Source: an uncultured Actinomycetes bacterium (GTDB lineage: Bacteria > Actinomycetota > Actinomycetes > S36-B12 > CAIYMF01). From it: a stretch of DNA of 32,000 nucleotides. Below the pieces are notes generated by a model, which worked only from the letters and a program-made list of their open reading frames with translations, was not told the DNA's origin and did not search any database. Position 1 is the stretch's first letter. Every line of letters begins with the position of its first letter. The stretch covers positions 480,001-512,000 of the forward strand of contig CAWJMG010000003.1 in assembly GCA_963843975.1 (NCBI GenBank). Reading direction: 5' to 3'. This document shows positions 1 to 9,595 of this stretch, piece after piece. A program made the position numbers and the translations under genes.

Positions 1-1
1 C

Positions 2-865
2 GGCGACGAGGGCGGCCTCGGATGGCGCACGCGGGTGCGGTTCGCCGTGGGGCCCAACGGGAAGGCGGGCTTCCGCGGCCACCGCTCGCACGAGGTGCAC
101 GCGGTGGACCCGTGCCCGTTGACCTCGCCGGGCGTGCAGTCGATCGGTGCGACCCACGAGTCCTGGGACGGCTCCGAGGAGATCGAGGTCGTGGCCTCCT
201 CCGGTGGCGACCGGACCGTGGTCGTCGAGCCCGCCAAGCTCGGGCGGCGGCTGCCGGCCGACGTCAACGTGCCCGGCCTGCGCGGCCGTGGCTGGGTGCG
301 CGAGCTCGCGGCGGGCCGTGAGTGGCGGGTGGCGGCGGACGGCTTCTGGCAGGTGCACCCCGGTGCGGCCGAGACGCTCGTCGCCACCGTGCGCGAGCTG
401 CTGGCACCCCAGCCGGGCGAGCACCTGCTCGACCTCTACTGCGGGGTCGGGCTGTTCGCCGGCGCGCTCGCGGCCGACCTGGGCGCCGACGGCCAGGTCG
501 ACGCGGTCGAGGCCTCGGTCCGCGCGTGCTCCGACGCGCGGCGCAACCTGCACGACCTCCCGAACGTGCGCATCCATGCCGAGCCGGTGGAGAACTGGCT
601 CGTCTCTGCGTCCGCCCCGGACTCCGCCGACCTGGTGGTGCTCGACCCGCCCCGCAGCGGCGCCGGCACGGACGTGATGGACGCCGTGCTCGACCGTGCG
701 CCGCGGGCGATCGCCTATGTCGCGTGCGACCCGGCCTCTCTCGGCCGCGACCTCGGCCATGCGGTGAAGGCCGGCTGGCGGGTGACCGCCGTCCAGGGCT
801 TCGACCTGTTCCCCATGACGCATCACCTCGAGGCGGTCGCGCTCCTCGTGCCGCCGGGGCACTGA
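2..865 (+). CDS. TrmA/RumA-family class I SAM-dependent RNA (uracil-5-) methyltransferase, 5' end outside window
   Basis: The frame is open from the window edge (GDEGGLGWRTRVRFAVGPNG...). It carries the SAM-binding motif LLDLYCGVGLFAG, DPPRSG, the catalytic-Cys context AYVACDP and the C-terminal DLFPMTHHLE. Confidence 0.85.
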   Translation, partial: GDEGGLGWRTRVRFAVGPNGKAGFRGHRSHEVHAVDPCPLTSPGVQSIGATHESWDGSEEIEVVASSGGDRTVVVEPAKLGRRLPADVNVPGLRGRGWVRELAAGREWRVAADGFWQVHPGAAETLVATVRELLAPQPGEHLLDLYCGVGLFAGALAADLGADGQVDAVEASVRACSDARRNLHDLPNVRIHAEPVENWLVSASAPDSADLVVLDPPRSGAGTDVMDAVLDRAPRAIAYVACDPASLGRDLGHAVKAGWRVTAVQGFDLFPMTHHLEAVALLVPPGH

Positions 866-891
866 ACGCTGCCTCGATGTCCGGCCACGCG

Positions 892-897
892 TAGCGT
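892..897 (+). promoter_or_regulatory. -10 box of putative leaderless promoter (TAGCGT-N6-ATG) for VOC gene
   Basis: A TANNNT hexamer lies 6 nt upstream of ATG 904, and there is no Shine-Dalgarno sequence. Confidence 0.45.
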
Positions 898-903
898 GGC
901 CGC

Positions 904-1284
904 ATGAAGCACGTCGCAGGGGACATGTCGGTCGCCGCCCCCGTCCTCATCACCACGGACGTCCCGGCGGCTCTCGAGCGCTACCGGGCCCTCGGTTTCA
1001 TGGTGTCCGCGCACGCGGACGGGCACGAGTACGGATTCCTGCGCCGCGGCGAGGCGTGGCTGCACGTGTCGTACGCACCGGACGTCGACCCGAGCCTGAA
1101 TGCGGTGTCGGCGTACCTCTACTGCGACGACGCCGACGCCCTCCACGCCGAGTGGGCGGCGTCCGGGGTGACGGGTCGGCACGTGGCGCCCATGGACACC
1201 GACTACGGCCTCCGCGAGGGTGCGTACGTCGATCCCGACGGCAACCTGCTGCGGTACGGCAGCCCGCTCGCGCACCGCTCCTGA
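904..1284 (+). CDS. VOC (glyoxalase/bleomycin-resistance fold) family protein
   Basis: This is a 126-aa ORF with normal composition. The C-terminal block MDTDYGLREGAYVDPDGNLLRYGSP is typical of the VOC fold. A TANNNT box lies 6 nt upstream of the ATG. Confidence 0.7.
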   Translation: MKHVAGDMSVAAPVLITTDVPAALERYRALGFMVSAHADGHEYGFLRRGEAWLHVSYAPDVDPSLNAVSAYLYCDDADALHAEWAASGVTGRHVAPMDTDYGLREGAYVDPDGNLLRYGSPLAHRS

Positions 1285-1332
1285 CGGCTCGACCCCGGCG
1301 CGGCGGGGGTGGTGCGGGCCGCTACGATGAAG

Positions 1333-1350
1333 TATCTTGACGTCAAGATA
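1333..1350. promoter_or_regulatory. perfect 18-bp palindrome TATCTTGACGTCAAGATA, candidate operator in acn promoter region
   Basis: The sequence is perfectly self-complementary. It sits in an unusually AT-rich patch 60-77 nt upstream of the acn ATG and is directly followed by TAAATT, a possible -10 box. Confidence 0.5.
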
Positions 1351-1409
1351 AATTCTGCACGGCCCGGTTCCAGCACGGAACGACGACGACGGTGGAAGGA
1401 CTCCCTGCC

Positions 1410-4070
<2,661 letters not shown>

Positions 4071-4084
4071 GACGCAGCACCCCG

Positions 4085-4128
4085 GACGACGGCGGCCCCC
4101 ACCTCTCGCCAGGTGAGGGGCCGTCGTC
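4085..4128 (+). terminator. hairpin terminator after acn (no U-tract)
   Basis: GACGACGG..CCCCCACCT pairs with AGGTGAGGGG CCGTCGTC around loop CTCGCC. That is about 17 bp with two small bulges, starting 15 nt after the stop. Confidence 0.6.
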
Positions 4129-4156
4129 ATGTCCGGGCGGGGTCGTCGGTCCTCAC

Positions 4157-4162
4157 TAGAGT
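4157..4162 (+). promoter_or_regulatory. -10 box of putative leaderless promoter (TAGAGT-N7-GTG) for hypothetical gene
   Basis: A TANNNT hexamer lies 7 nt upstream of GTG 4170. Confidence 0.35.
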
Positions 4163-4169
4163 CGCCGCC

Positions 4170-4541
4170 GTGGCACGTGACCTCGCACCTCCCGGGTGGC
4201 CGCACGGGGTGCTGCCCCCGGGCGCCCCGCGCTGGGAGGACTCCGTCGTCGCCTGGATGCTCGACCAGTGCCCGGCCGAGTACCGCGGCCACGAGGTGCT
4301 GCGGCGGCACCCGGTCGTGCTCGCGCGCTTCGCAGCGCACCACATCGAGGCGGCGCTCGCCGGCGCGCGGGCGGCGTACGGCTCGGCCCGGCGCGAGCTG
4401 GGGGAGCGCGTGACGCCCGAGGTGCTCGAGGCGTCGCTGCGCGCACTGGAGGCCGAGGGGGCCCGCCTCGCCCGGGCGTCCCGGGAGATCGCGCTCGTGG
4501 AGGACGCCCTGCTCGGCGGCCGCTGGACCCCCAAGCTCTGA
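4170..4541 (+). CDS. hypothetical protein (small, Ala/Arg/Glu-rich helical)
   Basis: This is the only frame here with protein-like composition (W, H, E, L present). ORF-track start 4113 lies inside the acn terminator hairpin. GTG 4170 has TAGAGT 7 nt upstream (leaderless geometry). I recognise no domain. Confidence 0.45.
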   Translation: MARDLAPPGWPHGVLPPGAPRWEDSVVAWMLDQCPAEYRGHEVLRRHPVVLARFAAHHIEAALAGARAAYGSARRELGERVTPEVLEASLRALEAEGARLARASREIALVEDALLGGRWTPKL

Positions 4542-4660
4542 CGCCGCCGACCCTGGTCTCGGCGCGGTCACGGCCGGAAATCCCATGCAAACGCTGTCAT
4601 CGGGGGACTCCGGGGCGATCCGGACATTCGGGAACGGCAGGTGACGTCCGCGTGACGAAA

Positions 4661-4688
4661 TTGTTACCGGACACAACGAACTTTGTTG
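4661..4688. promoter_or_regulatory. overlapping TTGTT/AACAA-type palindromes, candidate ROK/XylR-type operator upstream of xylF
   Basis: TTGTTACCGGACACAA (4661-4676) has 12 of 16 positions symmetric. CAACGAACTTTGTTG (4674-4688) has 6 of 7 pairs symmetric. Both lie in an AT-enriched stretch about 150 nt upstream of the xylF ATG. Confidence 0.35.
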
Positions 4689-4836
4689 CCGAGAAGGGTG
4701 GCCCCGGTCACAGCGGAGGAATATGTTCGCGCTGGCAACATTCACCGGACGTCCACCGACGGCCGGTTCTGCTCCCTCCCGGGTGGCTCAACCCGGGCCC
4801 TTCAGGCACAGCGGACCTGTGCGAGAGAGGACGAGA

Positions 4837-5964
4837 ATGAGCAAGCGTCACCTGGCCATCGCTGGAGCGGCGGCCCTTTCCCTGCTTCTTGCTGCCTGCG
4901 GCAGCAGCAGCAGCGGCGGCACCTCCACCACCGCGGCCCCGGCAGAGAGCTCGTCGAGCGCTCCGGCCCCGGCCGGCAAGGTCGGCGTCATCCTTCCTGA
5001 CTCGGCCTCGTCGGCCCGTTGGGAGACCGCGGACCGCAAGTTCCTCACCGAGGCGTTCACCGCCGCCGGTGTCGAGTCGGACATCCAGAACGCGAACGGC
5101 GACAAGACCAAGTTCGCCACCCTGTGCGACCAGTTCGTGAGCGGCGGTGTCGCGGTCCTCCTGATCGTGAACCTCGACTCCGAGACCGGTGCGGCCTGCG
5201 CCTCCAAGGCTGTTGCCCAGGGCATCAAGGTCATCGACTACGACCGCCTCACCCTCGGTGGTGGCTCGTCGTACTACGTGTCCTTCGACAACGTCGCCGT
5301 CGGCACCAAGATCGGCGAGGGCCTCGTGAAGTGCATGCAGGACGGCGGCAACGCGTCCGGCAACGTGGTGCTCCTCAACGGCTCGCCGACCGACAACAAC
5401 GCCACGCTGTTCAAGCAGGGCTACGAGAAGGTCATCAAGGACGCGGGCTACACCGTGACCGAGGACCAGGCCGTCCCGGACTGGGACAACACCAAGGCCG
5501 GCACGATCTTCGAGCAGATCTACACCAAGACCGGTGGTGACTTCGTGGGCGTCGCGTCCGCGAACGACGGCCTCGGTGGCGCGGTCATCTCCGTCCTCGA
5601 CAAGAACGGTCTCGCCGGCAAGATCCCGGTGACCGGCCAGGACGCGACCGACGAGGGTCTGCAGCGCGTGCTGCTCGGCACCCAGTGCATGACCGTCTAC
5701 AAGGCGATCAAGGCTGAGGCCAACGCCGCCGCCGAGCTCGCGATCGCGCTCATCAAGGGCGACACCGCTGCGGCTGACGCCCTGGCGACCGGCAAGACCG
5801 CTGACAGCGTGACCGGCAAGGACGTCCCGTCCGTGCTGCTCGTGCCGGTCGGCATCACCGCTGAGACCGTCAAGGACGTCGTCGCTGACGGCTTCACCAC
5901 GGCGGACAAGCTGTGCACCACCGACGCTCTCAAGGCTGCCTGCGCCAAGTACGGCGTGGCCTGA
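4837..5964 (+). CDS. xylF: sugar (xylose-type) ABC transporter substrate-binding lipoprotein
   Basis: ATG 4837 follows GAGAGAGGA. There is a signal peptide with lipobox LLAAC. Blocks shared with E. coli XylF are visible by eye: YDR..YVSFDN..VG, GSPTDNNA.LF, ASANDGLGGAVI, TGQDATDEG and GTQCMTVYK. Confidence 0.9.
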   Translation: MSKRHLAIAGAAALSLLLAACGSSSSGGTSTTAAPAESSSSAPAPAGKVGVILPDSASSARWETADRKFLTEAFTAAGVESDIQNANGDKTKFATLCDQFVSGGVAVLLIVNLDSETGAACASKAVAQGIKVIDYDRLTLGGGSSYYVSFDNVAVGTKIGEGLVKCMQDGGNASGNVVLLNGSPTDNNATLFKQGYEKVIKDAGYTVTEDQAVPDWDNTKAGTIFEQIYTKTGGDFVGVASANDGLGGAVISVLDKNGLAGKIPVTGQDATDEGLQRVLLGTQCMTVYKAIKAEANAAAELAIALIKGDTAAADALATGKTADSVTGKDVPSVLLVPVGITAETVKDVVADGFTTADKLCTTDALKAACAKYGVA

Positions 5965-5987
5965 CAGATCGTCTGACCTACGAGTCG

Positions 5988-6015
5988 GGGGGTGGGCACC
6001 TCGGTGCCCACCCCC
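5988..6015 (+). terminator. perfect 12-bp GC-rich hairpin after xylF (attenuator / mRNA stabiliser)
   Basis: GGGGGTGGGCAC pairs with GTGCCCACCCCC around loop CTCG, 24 nt after the xylF stop. It lies within a 207-nt gap before the ATPase gene. Confidence 0.6.
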
Positions 6016-6171
6016 ACCCGTAGCAGCACCTGATCGACCTGCGCGACACGCTCGCGCCCCGCCCCATCTGGGCGACTCTCCCTCACGGTTGACGACGCCG
6101 TGCCACTCTCCCTCTCAGCCGATCGCGACGGTGCGCTCGGTGATCCGGTCTCGACGTCAGAGCGAGGACGA

Positions 6172-6978
6172 ATGACAACGGACTCCAGCGGCTCCTCCAG
6201 CCAGGCGCTGCTCACCCTCAGCAAGGTCAACAAGAGCTTCGGCGCGGTCCACGTCCTGCGGGACGTCGACTTCAGCGTCCGCCCCGGCCGCGTCACGGCG
6301 CTCGTCGGCGACAACGGTGCGGGCAAGAGCACCCTGATCAAGGCCATCGCAGGCATCCACGCCTTCGACGACGGCTCCTACACCTTCGAGGGCCAGGAGG
6401 TGAACGTCACCGACCCCAAGCAGGCCAACGCCCTGGGCATCGAGGTCGTCTACCAGGACCTCGCGCTGTGCGACAACCTCGACGTCGTGCACAACATGTT
6501 CCTCGGCCGCGAGCTGAAGAAGGGCGTGGCCCTCGACGAGGCCGAGATGGAGCAGCGGGCGACCAAGACCCTCGCCGGCCTCTCCGTCCGCACGCTGAAG
6601 TCCGTGCGCCAGAACGTCGCGAGCCTGTCCGGCGGTCAGCGCCAGACGGTCGCGATCGCGCGCGCGGTTCTGTGGAACAGCAAGCTCGTGATCCTCGACG
6701 AGCCGACCGCTGCCCTCGGCGTCGCGCAGACCGAGCAGGTGCTCAAGCTCGTGCGACGCCTCGCGGACAACGGCCTCGCCGTCATCCTCATCTCGCACAA
6801 CATGAACGACGTCTTCCAGGTCGCCGACGACATCGCCTGCCTCTACCTCGGCCAGATGGCCGCCCAGGTCGAGCGCCAGTCGGTCTCGCACGGCCAGGTC
6901 GTCGAGCTCATCACCGCGGGTCGCAGCGGCGACCTCGGCCTGCCCCGTGACCCGTCGACCGCTGGAGCCGTCGCATGA
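6172..6978 (+). CDS. sugar ABC transporter ATP-binding protein (single NBD)
   Basis: ATG 6172 follows GAGGACG. Motifs are Walker A GDNGAGKST, signature LSGGQRQ and Walker B LVILDEPTAALG. The 268-aa protein holds one nucleotide-binding domain only. Confidence 0.92.
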   Translation: MTTDSSGSSSQALLTLSKVNKSFGAVHVLRDVDFSVRPGRVTALVGDNGAGKSTLIKAIAGIHAFDDGSYTFEGQEVNVTDPKQANALGIEVVYQDLALCDNLDVVHNMFLGRELKKGVALDEAEMEQRATKTLAGLSVRTLKSVRQNVASLSGGQRQTVAIARAVLWNSKLVILDEPTAALGVAQTEQVLKLVRRLADNGLAVILISHNMNDVFQVADDIACLYLGQMAAQVERQSVSHGQVVELITAGRSGDLGLPRDPSTAGAVA

Positions 6979-8237
6979 GCACCGCCACTGTCGAGCCCCA
7001 GGAGCACGTGCACTCGCCCCAGGACGACGGCCTCGGTGCCGCCTGGCGCGACTACGTCGCCCGCATCCGCGGCGGCGAGCTCGGTGCGCTGCCGGCCGTC
7101 CTCGGCCTGGTCGCACTGGTCATCATCTTCACCGCGCTCAAGGGCTCGACCTTCTTCAGCTCCTTCAACTTCGCGAACCTGCTGACCCAGAGCGCCACGT
7201 ACATCGTGCTCGCGATGGGTCTCATCTTCGTCCTGCTGCTGGGCGAGATCGACCTCTCGGCCGGCTTCGCCGCGGGCACGTCCGCAGCCGTCCTGGCCGT
7301 CACGCTGACCCAGCGGGGCTACCCGCTGCCGATCGCGCTGCTCGCGGCGCTGCTCACCGGTGTGCTCATCGGCTGGTTCATCGGCGTCATCGTGGCCAAG
7401 CTCGGCATCCCGTCGTTCGTCGTCACCCTCGCGATGTTCCTCGCGCTGCAGGGCATCATGCTCATCGTCATCGGAGAGGGCGGCACCATCGCCATCCGCG
7501 ACGACTTCATCAAGGCGTTGATGAACGGCAACATGTCGCCTCTGGCGGGATGGATCCTGTTCCTCATCACGGTGGGCGGCTACACGTTCGCCACCTGGCG
7601 CTCGCTGTCGACCCGGCGCAAGGCGGGGCTCGTGACCCAGTCCGTGCAGGTGTGGGCCATCAAGGTCGTCGCGCTCGCCGTGGGCCTCGGCATCGCAGTG
7701 TTCGTCCTGAACCAGGAGCGTTCGCGCAACCCGCAGCTGACCTCGATCCAGGGCGTCCCGTACGTCGTGATCGTGATCCTGCTGCTGCTGGTCTCGCTGA
7801 CCTACCTGCTCTCGCGCACGGCCTTCGGCCGGCACGTGTACGCGGTCGGCGGCAACTCCGAGGCGGCCCGCCGAGCCGGCATCAGCGTGTCGCGCATCAA
7901 GATCGCCTGCTTCATCGCCTGTTCCACCCTCGCGGCGGTCACCGGCATCCTGTTCGCGTCCAAGGACCAGTCGGTCTCTCCGTCCACCGGTGGATCCACG
8001 ACCCTCCTGTTCGCCGTGGGCGCCGCGGTCATCGGCGGCACGTCGCTGTTCGGCGGTCGCGGCAAGATCCGCGACGCCATCCTCGGTGGCCTCGTGGTCG
8101 CCGTGATCGGCAACGGGCTCCCGCTCATCACGGACGCCTCAGGCATCCAGTACATCGTCACCGGACTGGTCCTGCTCGTGGCCGCGAGCGTCGACGCCCT
8201 CTCGCGTCGCCGTGCGCAGGCCAGCGGTCGCGCCTAG
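6975..8237 (+). CDS. sugar ABC transporter permease (XylH/RbsC type)
   Basis: The start overlaps the upstream stop as ATGA, suggesting translational coupling. The protein is multi-pass and hydrophobic throughout, with a glycine-rich C-terminal half (GGTSLFGGRGKI) typical of CUT2 permeases. Confidence 0.9.
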   Translation: MSTATVEPQEHVHSPQDDGLGAAWRDYVARIRGGELGALPAVLGLVALVIIFTALKGSTFFSSFNFANLLTQSATYIVLAMGLIFVLLLGEIDLSAGFAAGTSAAVLAVTLTQRGYPLPIALLAALLTGVLIGWFIGVIVAKLGIPSFVVTLAMFLALQGIMLIVIGEGGTIAIRDDFIKALMNGNMSPLAGWILFLITVGGYTFATWRSLSTRRKAGLVTQSVQVWAIKVVALAVGLGIAVFVLNQERSRNPQLTSIQGVPYVVIVILLLLVSLTYLLSRTAFGRHVYAVGGNSEAARRAGISVSRIKIACFIACSTLAAVTGILFASKDQSVSPSTGGSTTLLFAVGAAVIGGTSLFGGRGKIRDAILGGLVVAVIGNGLPLITDASGIQYIVTGLVLLVAASVDALSRRRAQASGRA

Positions 8238-8286
8238 CGCGCACCCGCACCACCGCACCACCCAACTCGGAGGGGAGGTTCGACCC

Positions 8287-9507
8287 GTGTCGCTCGCAGG
8301 AGCAACTCAGGATGAGGTACGCCGCCACAACCTGGCTGCGCTCGCCCGCTTCCTGCACGACCACGGGTCGACCTCCCGCTCCGAGCTGGTCAGCCACACC
8401 GGCCTCAACCGCAGCACGGTCGGCGGCCTGATCTCCGACCTCGTCGGTGCCGGGCTCGTCCGCGAGACCGAGCCCGTGGGCAAGGGGGTCGGACGGCCGT
8501 CGTTCGGCGTCGAGCCCGTGCGCGAGCGTGCCCACGTGCTCGCGATCGACCTCCGGGTCGACCGCGCGATCGTCGCGCTCGTCGGGTTCGGCGGAGACGT
8601 GCTGCACCGACGGGAGCACGCGTTCCGCAAGGGCCAGCAGAACGAGGCCCGGATCGTCCGCGAGACCGTCGAGGTCTGCCACGAGGTCCTCTCCGCCGCC
8701 CCCAAGGGGTCGGTGCTGGTGGGCGTGGGCATCGGCGTCCCGGGCCTCGTGCGCCAGCCCGACGGCCTCGTGCGCTTCGCGCCCAACCTCGGCTGGGTCG
8801 ACGTCCCTCTCGGCGACCTGTTCGCCGACGCCCTCGCCCTCAGCGTGCCGATCGCGGTCGGGAACGACTCCGACCTCGGTGCCGTCGCCGAGCGCCAGCG
8901 GGGGAGCGCCGTCGGCGCCTCGAACGTCATCTACCTCTCCGGCCAGGTCGGCGTCGGTGGAGGCATCGTCATCGACGGCCGCCTGCTCATGGGCGCCCAG
9001 GGCTACGGCGGCGAGATCGGCCACATGCGCGTCAACCCGCGCGGCCGCGAGTGCCGGTGCGGCGCCACCGGCTGCTGGGAGACCGAGATCGGCGAGCCGG
9101 CCGTCGTGGCGTCCGCCGGTGCCGCACCCGGCACGACCGTCGTCGAGGTGATCGAGGCGGCCGACGAGGGCGACAAGGCCGCCCGCAAGGGCCTGCGCAC
9201 GGTCGGCGCCTGGCTCGGGGTGGGCGTGGCCAACCTCGTCAACATCTTCAACCCGGACGTCATCGTCTTCGGTGGCTCGCTGCGGGAGATCCTGCCCGCC
9301 ACCCGTGCCGCCGTGGACGCGGCCGTGCGCAGCGCCCTGTCGGCACCTGCCGAGCACGTGGTGCTGGCCCTGCCGGCCCTCGGGGACGACTCCACGCTGC
9401 TCGGGGCGGCCGAGTCGGCCTTCGCGAGCATGCTCGACGACCCGCTGGGCGCCGTGACGGGGCTGACGCGGCGCGAGAGCCGCGGCCTGGCCGACGTCAG
9501 CACCTGA
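8287..9507 (+). CDS. ROK-family transcriptional regulator
   Basis: GTG 8287 follows GGAGGGGAGG. It has an N-terminal winged HTH (RSELVSHTGLNRSTVGGLISDLVGAGLV), a ROK sugar-kinase-like core and the zinc motif GHMRV..CRCGATGCWE. Confidence 0.92.
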   Translation: MSLAGATQDEVRRHNLAALARFLHDHGSTSRSELVSHTGLNRSTVGGLISDLVGAGLVRETEPVGKGVGRPSFGVEPVRERAHVLAIDLRVDRAIVALVGFGGDVLHRREHAFRKGQQNEARIVRETVEVCHEVLSAAPKGSVLVGVGIGVPGLVRQPDGLVRFAPNLGWVDVPLGDLFADALALSVPIAVGNDSDLGAVAERQRGSAVGASNVIYLSGQVGVGGGIVIDGRLLMGAQGYGGEIGHMRVNPRGRECRCGATGCWETEIGEPAVVASAGAAPGTTVVEVIEAADEGDKAARKGLRTVGAWLGVGVANLVNIFNPDVIVFGGSLREILPATRAAVDAAVRSALSAPAEHVVLALPALGDDSTLLGAAESAFASMLDDPLGAVTGLTRRESRGLADVST

Positions 9508-9583
9508 GGGCCGTCGCAGCGCGTCCGGTGACGATCACGACACGGTGCTGGCCTGCCGGGAGGCTGGGAAGGCCCACCTTGCC

Positions 9584-9589
9584 TAGACT
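9584..9589 (+). promoter_or_regulatory. -10 box of putative leaderless promoter (TAGACT-N6-ATG) for dxs
   Basis: A TANNNT hexamer lies 6 nt upstream of ATG 9596, and there is no Shine-Dalgarno sequence. Confidence 0.5.
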
Positions 9590-9595
9590 CCTGCC

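Noticed and set aside
4113-4169. ORF-track start (GTG 4113) for the small hypothetical protein
   Set aside because: GTG 4113 lies inside the 3' arm of the acn terminator hairpin, and the first 19 codons are Arg/Gly/Ser-rich. GTG 4170, with a TAGAGT box 7 nt upstream, fits the leaderless pattern seen elsewhere in the window.
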